Assembly: GCA_951406725.2 (NCBI GenBank)
Contig: OX597821.1
Span: 33,480,001 to 33,544,000, forward strand
DNA: 64,000 nucleotides
Reading direction: 5' to 3'
DNA from: Octopus vulgaris
Lineage: Eukaryota
Numbering within the stretch: position 1 is the stretch's first letter; every line of letters begins with the position of its first letter. The position numbers and the translations under genes are program-made. The notes under the pieces are model-generated. The model saw only the letters and a list, made by a program, of their open reading frames with translations. It made no database searches and was not told the origin of the DNA. Below, piece after piece: positions 11,716 through 23,297 of the stretch.

Positions 11716-12990
11716 TTAGGCTAAATTAATGCATTTTATGAAATTCATAGAAGTATTATTTTTGTTATAACATTGGCGACAAAATTCCTGCAATAAAGAA
11801 CCAGACACTCCATGCATATTGTGATAATTTGCCTTTGTATGATCCCACATACCTTCCACTATGTTCATGTGAATTGTTGCATCATTGAGATCAATGAAGC
11901 TCGCACTGTGGTTCACACTAGAATGATGTGCCAGGGCATTATATGCCTACCAACAGTCTGTAATTTAGTTCCTGGCTGCATGTGTCTGGTAATTATAGGC
12001 AACAACGTGGCTGCACTTATGTCTTGAACAGGGTCTAAAACGCATTACTGTGTTTAGTCATTCGAAGAACCCAGTGGCCTTGCCGATAGCGACTGCGATG
12101 ATACCTCCTGGGCATAAACTTAGATTCATCAATTTCAACAACTACATTCTGTTCTCCAAGTTGTACAGAATTATCAGTGCACAACGTGGCACAAATATCG
12201 CGGAGGTAATTGTACCAATTATCAAATGGTTCGGATCTTTACGGTTTGAATGGCAGTTTTTAACATAATTTCTAGGTAGCTAGAAAATTTTAAACTTCGT
12301 ATACTTGTAGAATGTGTTTATAAAATATGTTTTTCTCTTGGCTTTATCGAGAAAATTCTATAGTTTGTAAGATATTTGTTGGTTTTCTTCAATTTCTGCA
12401 ATCTCAACCAATCGGTGACATCTTTTGAGGTAAAAAGCATTCTGTGCCATATGAATATGTCCCTCGTTTAAGAAACAGATTGGGTTTATTTACATTTATG
12501 AAGAAAAAAAGATACCCTTCCCCCCACCCCTAACCCTAAAATAGATTGATACTAGGGTCATAATTATGGGTGACAATTTCATATGACACCACTAGAAAAA
12601 ACTGCCGTTCAAACCGAAAAGATCCAATGGTTCTGATGCAATTCCAATTTCACTCATTACAACATACTGCAATCCATATTGGGCCAGTGATACATCAACT
12701 CTAAGAGGAGTCAACAGTGAATGGGCACCCCCAAAAAACGGGATCCTGTCTAATGCTTTGATAACTATGGCTAACAAAACACCTCCACATTTTTCCTTCG
12801 GATTCTCTATAGCACAGTGAAAGAAACACACTGGTTACAGCATTCTGAAGAATTGTGGATCAATCCTACAGGTGCCAGGGATTGGATCATTGAATTCTTG
12901 TCTTTTATTATGACATGAATGTCTTGTAGATTGGAATTTAATTTCAGACCATTCGTTAATAGAGATGACAGATTCAACTATCCTATATCG
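11716..12990 (-). mobile_element. Degenerate Merlin/IS1595-like transposase interrupted by a MITE
   Basis: WYNYLRDIC..VVEIDESKF..RRYHR and NHSASFID..HMNIVEGMWDH motifs; the frame GIASEP|FDNW is restored when the MITE and one TSD copy are removed. Confidence 0.8.
12233..12625. mobile_element. MITE family B (GGATCTTTTCGGTTTGAACGGCAG TIR), 8-bp TSD AATGGTTC
   Basis: ~28-bp TIRs; TSD at 12225-12232 and 12626-12633; CCCTAACCCTAA inside. Confidence 0.92.
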
Positions 12991-12999
12991 TCCAGCCAT

Positions 13000-13148
13000 C
13001 CGAGGTCAACTTTGCCTTTCATCCTTTCGGGGTCGATAAATTAAGTACCAGTTACGCACTGGGGTCGATGTAATCGACTTAATCCCTTTGTTTGTCCCCT
13101 CTATGCTTAGCCCCTTGTGGGCAATAAAGAAAAAAAAAGAAATAGGTA
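13000..13148 (+). mobile_element. 5'-truncated SINE (same family as 325-545)
   Basis: CGAGGTCAACTTTGCCTTTCATCCTTTCGGGGTCGATAAATTAAGTACCAG core. Confidence 0.8.
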
Positions 13149-13639
13149 GGGTTTGAAGTGGGTGTGTTAAAAGGAATCTCTCTTTCACACACACGTGCAC
13201 ATGCTAACCTGCTAACAAAGGATGCATGTAAAAACGAACCCCAGCCACTTAGACATACATGCAAAAAAAAAACATCTGAACACACACCTTCACTCACTCT
13301 TTCTCTCTTTGGTGCGCATGTATACAAAAAAATATGTATGTACGTACGTGTATATGAATGATGTGTGTGTAAGAGAGAGGAAGTGAGTGCCACTTATACA
13401 TACAAAAAAATACACATATGACATCGCACACCATCACTCACTATTTCTCTCTCTCTGAGACATGCACTTACATCCATTTCATATACACATACATACATTT
13501 TCACTTTCTCCTCTCTTTCAACTTCCTGCTCTCACTTCAAAGCAAATGTTGCCTTCCTCTCTTTCCGGTTCTACTCTTGAAAGCAAGTTGTCACCTTCCA
13601 AAGAAAAGTAAAGAAATAAATTTTTACGGAAATTGGTCT

Positions 13640-13831
13640 GGCACCTATGTCGGTGGCACATAAAATCACCCACTACACTCTCGGAGTGGTTGGCGTTAGG
13701 AAGGGCATCCAGCTGTAGAAACACTGCCAGATCTGACTGGCCTGGTGCAGCCTTCGGGCTCCCCAGACCCCAGTTGAACCGTCCAACCCATGCTAGCATG
13801 GAAAGCGGACGTTAAACGATGATGATGATGA
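13640..13831 (+). repeat. (GAT)n-tailed SINE-like repeat
   Basis: ...CATGCTAGCATGGAAAGCGGACGTTAAACGATGATGATG. Confidence 0.75.
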
Positions 13832-14112
13832 TAATACCACATGCTTTCATGACAACTTTGCTAACAGTAACAAAAGAATGCCACATATTTTGCCCCAAAA
13901 AATTTCTGTAAAAAGTGAAAAATTGGAGGTAGGGATTGAAATTTTGAAATGCTGATTTTTGCCAATGTTTTTAGATTCGGAATCTCTGTAACCAAAAACA
14001 TGGGTTCCTGTAGAAAAAAATAAGAAAAGAATGGAAGCAGTTGTGGTGATGGTCTGGATTTATTTGGTAGATTGAAACTGAAAAGAAGCAGTCATATGGA
14101 TATATCTTTCAT

Positions 14113-14428
14113 ATAGGTGCAAGCATGCCCATGTGGTAAGAAACTTGCTTCTCAAGTACATGGTTCTGGGTTCAGTTCCACTGCATGGCACCCTGGGCAA
14201 GTGTTTTCTTCTATAGCTTTGTAAGTGGATTTGGTAGATGGAGACTGAAAAAGCCCGTCATATAGAGTGTGGTTGTGTGTTTACATCTCCGTAGTTTAGT
14301 GATTCGGGACCCATAGAATAAGTACTAGGCTTTAAAAAATAAGGCCTAGCATCAATATTTTGACTAAAACCCTTCAGGGCAGTGTCCCAGCATGGCCATG
14401 GTCAAACAACTGAAACCAGTAAAAGAAA
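14113..14428 (+). mobile_element. tRNA-derived CORE-like SINE with LINE-like tail
   Basis: Head ATGTGGTAAGAAACTTGC..GGGTTCAGTTCC; tail GGCAGTGTCCCAGCATGGCC..CTGAAAC. Confidence 0.8.
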
Positions 14429-15303
14429 TGTGTAGCCTCATGTAGACAGTGTTTAATCAGACATGTTTGTTTCCAGTTTTCCATGAAAAACATTTATGGT
14501 TATGAGAAAATATCTTGCTTGGAAAAAGCTGAGGTTTGGCAACAGGAAGAGCATCCAATCATAGGAAATCTTCCTCAGTAAATTCTGTCTACCCCATGAA
14601 AGTATAGAATATTGGTGACAATATGCCAAGTTGCTATGCAGTTTCTGTCTGATTTTACTGTGGTCAACTGGAGGCAATAGTAGAGGGTATTTTGCCAAGG
14701 TTTGTGCAATGGGGCTGGACTTCCCCACACAACCCTGCCTGTATTTAAATTGAGAAGGTGAAGACATAAAATGAAAGCACCCAGCATAACACATTTATTG
14801 GTTCTTAAGTTTGGTTTCATAGAAATGCCCATTAGTGTATAGTAGGTATTAAATGAAAATGTCTTGCTTATTCCAGGTTGACTAGGTAAGATGCGTACTT
14901 AGTCTTAAGAACCAGCAGAAAAATAACCTTTCCAGCGTGAACTAGTCCATTTGCAATCACTGGGCATAGGGAATAAAGCGATCGAAAAAAAAAACTAGTT
15001 TTGTATTTTTTCAAGTTTGTTTTATTATTTAGTATATGCAAGTTTACAAAACTCTTAAAATGACATAGTAGAGTAGGTGTGAAAGGCCAGATCTTGTCGG
15101 TTTAAACACTAAAACAATGGGTCATAACCATTTTATTTATGGCCCCCTTTGATAACTTTTTTGCCCCCTCCCACCTTTTGATGTTTAAAAACCATTTTTA
15201 TTGATACTTCTTTCATAATTTCTATTTTGTTTTTCACACATTCACATTGTGTAGTTTGAAGTATGTAAAATGTTAGGAAAAGAAACTGCTGTTTCTAGCA
15301 ATA

Positions 15304-15894
15304 CATGGTCTGATCAATAAGTATCCGGACTATTGCTATAGTAACCTGTGTATCTTTTTGTTCAGCTGAAAGTATTTTGGCACTAACTTGGCAGACAAGA
15401 GTCTCATACCCAAATCTTCAGTGATAATGGACTGAACTGAACTATAACTAATCTGCACATCCTCTGGTAACTCATGGATGGTGATTTGACAATTTCCCCT
15501 CACAGCTGTATGCACATCAGTGATGTTTTTCTCAGTTCTGCTAGTTGCTGGTCTCCCAGAACATTTGTCGATATCAGCATTTTTTCAGCCATCTTGGAAA
15601 TGTCTAAACCATTCGTACACTTTTGTGCAGCTCATACACTCCTCTCCATACACTTTTTGCAACTTTGCATAGGTATTGCTATGACAACTTTCTCTGTCAT
15701 GGTCAATGCAACAATCACACGCTACACACCTTCCTTCCAAGCACTGCTGTAATCAGTGGAAGTGAGCTAGAACGTTAAAACTTAGTGCGCATACACAGCA
15801 GAGTTCAAAGTCAATCTGTGCCGAGTAGCTTCACTCTGTGTGCTTTAGCTTCGTTACTATGGCAACAGTCCGGATACTTATTGATCAGACCTCA
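15304..15894 (-). mobile_element. Internally deleted mariner element
   Basis: ~40-bp TIR (GGTCTGATCAATAAGTATCCGGACT..TGC.ATAGTAAC), TA at both flanks, degenerate mariner-like N-terminal coding remnant. Confidence 0.8.
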
Positions 15895-16263
15895 TAAATA
15901 CATCTAAATCAAATTTTTTCATAGACCCTTAAAATACTACTGTGGATCCCCAAATTTACTATTTTACTTGCATGTTCTAAAAATAAAGTCAAATCACCAA
16001 AATCCCCAAAGATATGAAAATAATGCATGATTAATTCAGATATGTGAATAAACAGGCAATATATTTGACGGAATAACCTGAATGCTAAGGGTTAAAGGCA
16101 TGCAATGTGGTTTGAACTGAGAACCTGTGTATGTGATACTAGTCAGCTTGAGTATTCTCAGTTGATTCACTTTTGTAGGTAAATCGCCCAAACACTTTAA
16201 CCTCATGGCTTTTGTGCTTTAACACTAATGTTTACGTCTTGGTTCTTTTTTTTTTACTTGTAG

Positions 16264-16580
16264 GTAAACTCTACAAGAGCAAAGTATGTTTCATTAAGCA
16301 CATTTGGGAACACAGCATCTACTGGGACCTCTTTGAAGGTGAAAAGAACCACGATAGAGTCCTTTCCATACAGGCAGCTATCATCCTTTACAGTAAATAC
16401 CAAGGAGAACCGACAGCCGACGGGTTGCTGTCCCACCTGTTGGTCACAGCTCCTAACAGCCACGAAAAGAAACGAGAGAAAGAGTCTCTTGAGCAGTGCG
16501 AAATGAAAGCTTCAAAGGCGAAAACAGAGAAGAGGACAGTGTCTCCTTTGAAACGAAAGAAGTCCTTTGAAGATTTGTGA
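16264..16580 (+). CDS. C2H2 zinc-finger protein, coding exon 2 (GKLYKSKVCFIKHIWEH...KRKKSFEDL*)
   Basis: Branch-like CTAAT, poly-T tract and TAG acceptor (16261-16263); phase 1 completes G-GT; the joined motif CSICGKLYKSKVCFIKHIWEH = C-x2-C-x12-H-x3-H; total 525 nt = 174 aa + stop; basic NLS-like C-terminus. Confidence 0.82.
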
Positions 16581-16988
16581 GTAACAGCCATAGAGTAATT
16601 TTTCAATTTAAGGTAAATGGGAAAAATTTGAAGGAAAATTGTTTGTTGAAAACAACTGTTGGCTGATGGATTAAATTATCTGTCAGCATTTTTGTCCCTT
16701 TTTTTTTCTGAATTTTCATATAATTTTCATATAATTTTTCATCCCTCCGGGATTAAAATGAATACCGGTGGTAATGTATTAGTCAATTCAATTGACTATG
16801 CTAAGTTAACCTTTTTTTTTCTTGAGTAAATAGTTTCTGATCAGGATGCCCACATAAGTTGGAATTTTTCTGTTTTGATGGGGATTTTTCAGATTTTTTT
16901 TTCTCCTTCTTGACAACACCCTTGGAAATGATCTTTTGAGCAAAAAGAAGAAGAAACGTCCCCCATCATTTCCAAGAGTTTTGTTTAA

Positions 16989-18012
16989 CCCTTTCGTTAC
17001 CAAACCGCCCGAATTTACCTATTCATATTTAAATGAGAATATCAGAGCAAATCTCTTCAGTACATTTGTGAAAACACGTATTATACTTCGTAAACAGTTC
17101 AACTACAGTTTTGTACAATAATCGAAGTGTAATTTTAATTCCGTGAATTTTGGGAGATTTTTTTCCGAAATTTGTTCCTATTGTGTTTTCAAAATTTGTA
17201 ATTCTGACAAAAAATGGATACGAATTTCATTATATCAAGCAGCGAGTCAGAATTCGAAGGATTTTCTACTGAAGACCTTCATAAATCTAACTCTATGACT
17301 GAAAAAAAAAAAGCACATGGTATTTGATAATGAATCTGATGTTTCATTTTCTGAAAGTGAAAACAGTGAATCTGAGATCTCCGATAGCGATAAAGAAAAC
17401 GAATTGGCACCTGAATGGAGTGAAAATTTAAAAACTGTTTCTTTCGGTGATTTTTCTGCAGAAACTGGACCAAGCCACAGACTTTCCCAGAAGGGTAAAG
17501 CCTTAGGCTATTTCTATTTACTTTTTCGAATGAGCCTATTTGAAATCATTACAGCGAAAACGAACCGTTATGCTAAACGTAAACAAAACGAAAGAAAGGA
17601 TAGTTTATTTCCCACAACCTTAAATGAAATTAAGGCCTATTTTGCCATAAATATTATTATGGGTATCAGAAAGTTACCCAGAATAACAAATTCTATCATA
17701 AAATTTTGTTGTATACCCAATTGAATATTAGCTAATATTTTCTATAGCGATGTTTGAACAAAATTTTAATAATTTTATATTTTGTGGAATTTACCTGTAT
17801 CTACCTGCAAATAGAGTCACTTTGTGACAAAAATTATAGTATAGAATTGGTTGAGAATATTTCATTAAATTATCTTCCAAAAATCAGATTAATATATCGA
17901 TAAATAAAAAAGTTATAGTTGTTTAATGAAACCAGACTAAATTTATGAACGTTAGAAATTAATTGAAACACATAAGGGGTGTAATTTGGTCAGAAATATA
18001 GTAACGAAAGGG
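16989..18012 (+). mobile_element. Non-autonomous piggyBac with intact ends
   Basis: TTAA TSD on both sides; TIR CCCTTTCGTTAC / GTAACGAAAGGG; N-terminal transposase remnant (ESEFEGF, TNRYA, EIKAYFAINIIMGI). Confidence 0.92.
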
Positions 18013-18859
18013 TTAAAAACAAATCTGAAAAATACCTGGCAAAACGGAGAAATTCCACTTACATAGGTATCCTGATCCGAAACTCCATCCCCAAGTTTCA
18101 TTAATACCAAAACAATCAAAAACCACTAAAACTACACTATCATTACATTTTTACCATGAAAACCACACCATCACTGCAATCAAAACTATATTCTATCGCT
18201 ACCTTATCATCTTCATGAATGAAGACTTCTATGAAAATGTTGAAATATGTTAAACATGTTTTTTTTATGAAAGGCTGTGATATTTTATTTATTTATTTGT
18301 TGTTTTTTTTTCCTTCTTTCTACATTCCCTCCAATTTGCTATTATAGTTTATTGTCAATAACCCTTATTTTCCAAAAGTGTTGGTTGGTATTTTTCTGGA
18401 AGGTTGAGCAACCACAGTTTTTTTTTTTTTTTCTTTTTTTTACCTTCTTTCCACGAGGATAATTTCTTGAAGGTATACAAACCTCTACATTTTCACTTGA
18501 TTTACATAAATACAAAACACATTTCTCTCTCACATTTCTCCACCCCTGAAGTCATGGCTGGGATACTTTCAAATCCTGTATGTTCAATCAAGGTTGACAT
18601 AGTTCTAATCAACATTTTCATTTGAAAAAAAAAAAATAATCATTTAACCTGCCTCTACACTACATCATCATCATCATCATCGTGTGGCAGCTATGTTTCC
18701 TGTCACCTCCACAGTCTTATGAGAATGATTTTAGTGAATTCCCTGTATTTTCTAGTTTCTGTATATGTGAATATGCATACTAGTGTGTGTTTGTGTACAA
18801 TTGTTTAAATATGAGCTTGTCTTAAGATTTTGCAGAAACCTTCATTGCTTCTATCTTTT

Positions 18860-19055
18860 ACTTGTTTCACTCATTAGACAGCAGTCTTACGTCGGCACTG
18901 CCTTAAATTTTTAGTCAAATGAATCGAACCGAGACTTTTTAATCTTTCGTTAAGAAGTGGTACTTATTCTGTTGATCTCTTGCTGAACTACTAAGTCACA
19001 GGTGCACAAACACACCAACACAAGGTTGTCAAGTGGTGGTGAGGGGGACAAACAG

Positions 19056-19057
<2 letters not shown>
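18860..19057 (-). mobile_element. SINE 3' half followed by (CA)n(TA)n
   Basis: Homology to the tail region of the 2020-2295 and 59040 family. Confidence 0.65.
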
Positions 19058-19107
<50 letters not shown>

Positions 19108-19111
<4 letters not shown>

Positions 19112-20005
19112 AAAAAATGAAGTTTGAAAATGCTGCTATATTAGACAAATTTTAATTTAACATGTTTCGGTTCTTGAAATGACGAACCTTATCAAAAAAA
19201 ATTTTTTTATATATAATAAAGAGAGTCCATGCTATATGTTTAAAGAGTATGATGTAATAGTTCATAATTGTGACATATATTCAATAGAGTCAAATATAAA
19301 AAATTCATATATAATATTCAATAGAGTCAAATATAAAAAAATTCATATATAATATTCAATAGTCAAATATAAAAAATTCATATATAATAAAGAGAGTCCA
19401 TGCTATATGTTTAAAGAGTATGATGTAATAGTTCATAATTGCACTGTTCACTTGCATCATATAGTTCCAAACCAATCAAAACCCAGTCTCAACGAATATA
19501 GTGAAAAGACTCCTAACTGTATCCTGTTAGGAAACCAACCAAGCCACGGAAGAAACATGTCATCATTTTTTTGACGTATCGAAATTAGATCTGACCCATG
19601 ACTGTATCCTGTTAGGTGGCTAGTCCAGCAGAACGAGTAGTTTGACCACGGAAGAAAGACGTCATCAATGTTTTGACGAATCAGAATCGGGTCTGACCCA
19701 TAGCTGTATCGTGTGAGGAAACCGACCAAGCAGGGTGACAATAGCTTGACCACTGAGGTAACACGTCATCAATGTTTTGATGAATCAGGATTAGATCTGC
19801 TCGCAGAGAAAGAGATCTTTTTATAAATTTTTCCTTCCCTAAGACATATCACTGTCAGCGTGAGTGACTGTTTAAGGATCTGAGAAATTGTAATTCGCCC
19901 CACCTCCATTATTATAATTCTCTCACTGTGGCCGTAGCAACAGTGACCACGGTGGTTGTGGTAGAATTTCATTTTTCTTTTTCGGAGGACCAATGTTTTG
20001 TTTTA
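19108..20005 (-). repeat. Probable Penelope-like terminal region with internal tandem repeats
   Basis: Bounded by (TA)n; hammerhead-like remnant near 19160-19198; ~35-bp tandem units at 19277-19385; ~60-bp duplication 19210/19380; ~100-bp period repeats at 19560/19660/19765. Confidence 0.45.
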
Positions 20006-20335
20006 ATATATATATATATAGATAAGAAAGTTGGTTTGTGGAAGCACGTGGGTGAATATATAAAAAAGAGTAAAGAGTGAAAAAACTACAGAAGGCTTAA
20101 ATGTTAAAAAATATATATATTTGCGTCAATATGTCTGAAGAATATTAGAAAATTAAAAAAAAAAATTTTTTTCTCTTATAATGACATAATTTAAAAGAAA
20201 GACCGGTTTCGCGTGTAGCTTTTCAAATTTCTTGCGACGTTATGATTGATTGATTGATTGATTGATTCCAGTTCCAGCCTATGAGCTGTGGCCATGCTGG
20301 GGCACCGCCATTTGGTGTTGCTACTTGGTTTCACT

Positions 20336-23297
20336 TCATGGAGGCTTTCTAGCAACTGCTATTTGGTGCATGAGAGAGTTCGATGCAGCTGCCCTCATCT
20401 GCCCCTCCTGCCGTGAAGTTGGTTCATCTGGGACACCTGACAGGAAGAGATCCAGCTTCATTTTAAAGACATCTGTATCCACCCCATGCAGGTCTCTCAG
20501 GTTCTTCGGGAGGATATTGAAGAGCTGTGGGCCTCGGAAGCCCAGGCTATCACAGAATCTTGTCCTACATCTTGATGGCAGGTTTGGAGTCCTAGGCACC
20601 ACGCAGTGGCGCCCAGTTCTGGCATTTGTGTAACTCTCGATGCCAAAGTTCAGGACACTTCCCTCCAGGATCTTCCAGATGTATATTATGGCATATCTTT
20701 CCCGCCTACGCTCCAGGGAGTATAATTTTAATCTCTTGAGTCTTTCCCAGTAGCTTACATTCTGCATAGAGGCTATCTTCTTTGTGTAGCTTCGTTGGAT
20801 CGCCTCAAGTTCTGTGATCAACTTGACACTGGATGGTGACCATAGCTGAGAGCAATAGTCAAAGTGGCTTAGGACAAGTGTCTTCCAGAGGACCATCATG
20901 GTTTCTTGTTCTCTTGTTCTAAAGGTTCTAAGAATCCAGCCAGCCAGCCGTCTACATTTCACTGTCAGTTTAGCAACATGTACATGAAAGGTCGCGTCAT
21001 CACTCATGTGAATACCCAGGTCACGCACTGATTGTGCCTCTGGGATTGCAATCCCTCCGGGTCCAGTGTATTCATTGGGTATTGCATTCAGTTTTGCATG
21101 CTGATAGTATAAAGCTTGAAACTTTCCAGCATTGAACTGCATGCTATTCTTTTCAGCCCACTTGTATATTTCGTCCAGCTCACATTGCAGGTTTTTAGTG
21201 TCCTCAGGGTTCTGTATTGCCTGTGAAACTTTTGTATCATCTGCATAACTTGTGATCGTGGATCTCTGCGTGGCTGAGGGCATGTCTGAGAGGGCCATTA
21301 TGAACAGTAGTGGTCCCAAAACAGTGCCCTGTGGAACACCACTCATTATTTGCGTGTTAATGGAAGTGGCCCCATTGGCTACTACCACCTGACTTCTATT
21401 CTTCAGAAAGTCGTGAAGCCATTCTCCTAGTTTTCCAACTATGCCAAGATCACGCAGCCTGTGACATATCATTCCGTGATCGACTTTATCGAAGGCCTTT
21501 GCGAAGTCGAGATATATGACTTCCACATTTGAGTGGTTGAGCAGTTGTTTCAGCACCCAGTCATAGTGCTGCAGGAGCTGAGTTAAGCAGCTTCTTCCTG
21601 GTCGGAAACCATGTTGGGTGTCAGGCAGCAAGTCATTTTCTTCAAGGAAGGTGATTAGTTTCCTTCTGACTATTCGTTCCATGACCTTGCTGATGTGTGA
21701 GGTCAGAGAGATAGGTCTGTAGTTCTTTGCCTCCGCTCTGCTACCTCCTTTATGAATAGGGCATATTTTACCTTCCTTCAGTCCCCTTGGAAGTTTGCCA
21801 GCTGCAAGGAAGCTCTGAAAGAGGGACTGCAGTGGTCTTGCTAAGACTCTCTTACATACTTTTAGGAGGATTGCCGGGAATCCATCGGGGCCAGTAGCTG
21901 AGTCTATTTTCATTTCATCTATAGCCTTTATTACATCGTCTTCCTTTATCTCGATGTAACTTATCGTCGCCGCCTCTGATTCTATATCTGCAGTGGTAAA
22001 GAAGTCAGTTGGATTGCTGATTTGGAAATGCCCAAGGGGTGGAGTGAAAACACTCTTGAATTGTTCATTCAGTATTTCACTTACCCTCATTGGTTTTCCT
22101 GTGAGTGTGCCATCCTTTTCAAGGAGTGGCCCTATCCTACAGTGCACTGTAGCCGTTTCTTTGGCATACCTGTAGAAAGCTCTGGGGTTAGTTTTTATGT
22201 TGTCTATAGCCCAGGCTTCTTTGTCTGCTCTTTCCTTCTCATGGGAAAGTTGCAGACAATTTTCAATTTCCAACAGTTTTATTTTCAGGCGGGACTTTTC
22301 ACTACTTTCAATTTGTTTGTTTAGGCGATTTGAAATTTTTGTACGCCGTCTCATTAAAATTTTCCTCTCTCTGGGGATTTTGTTCTTGTGTACAGTGGCC
22401 TTTCTCTCTGGGACACATTTGTAGCATATGGCTTGCATTACAGACATGAATTGTTGAAGTATCATGTCGATGTCCGGCGAGGAGAGACATTCAGGCCAGT
22501 TTTGTTTGAGGATCTCTTTCTCAATTTGTTTCCAGTTTGCCTTATTGAAGTTCAAGCTGGAAAGATTCTGAGGGTTTCTTGTAGGCTGCATGTCCGTGCT
22601 CTCTTTTGGCCCGTACATGGTCAGCTCTACCATGTTGTGATCCGAGAGTAGTGTCGGTGTCACTTTCACATTATGGATGAGATCCATATTATTTGTGAAG
22701 CAGAGATCCAGTGTGTTTACCTGCTCTGGTTGGTTGCAGTATTACTTGCTCCATGTACAGGGTGTTGGTGAGGTTCAGGAGGGACCTCGCCTGTCCACGT
22801 TCACATCTTGTCATTCCTGGGAGAGAAAGGCCCTCGGGCCATCTGACATTCGGTAGATTGAAGTCTCCCATGAGAAGTACACTTATGTGTTGTTCTAATG
22901 TGGTTAGAACTTCTTCTATTTTTAAAAGGCAGTCCTCGAACTTGCCCATATGACTTGGGGCATCTGGAGGGCGATATGTAGCACACACAACTACATCAAG
23001 TTGCCTTATGTGTACAATTAGTGTGTCACACACCGAGTTTGAGTATGACAAAAGGACCTGGGGTGTGAGGTCCCCACGGATGTACATAGCAACTCCTCCA
23101 TGACTCCTTTCTTTCCTGTCGGTCCGTAGTACAACATACTGTGGTATGTGTAATTCCGCATCTGCTATGTCCGGTTTCAGATGCGTTTCTGTGAGTGCTA
23201 TGCATAAGGCTTGATTGCATGCGACAAAGTCTCTCAGGAACGGGACTTTTGTCCTGTTACTGTGTGTTAGTAAACCTCTGATGTTCAGTAGGAGCAT
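20336..23297 (-). pseudogene. LINE ORF2 (AP endonuclease + reverse transcriptase) with one frameshift
   Basis: LNIRGL, LTETHL, MGDFNLP (APE); NYRPISLTS, QHGFR, YLDFAKAFDKV, GVPQGTVLGPLLF, YADD (RT); one extra base at ~22716-22718 breaks RAG-NTLDLCF. Confidence 0.93.
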
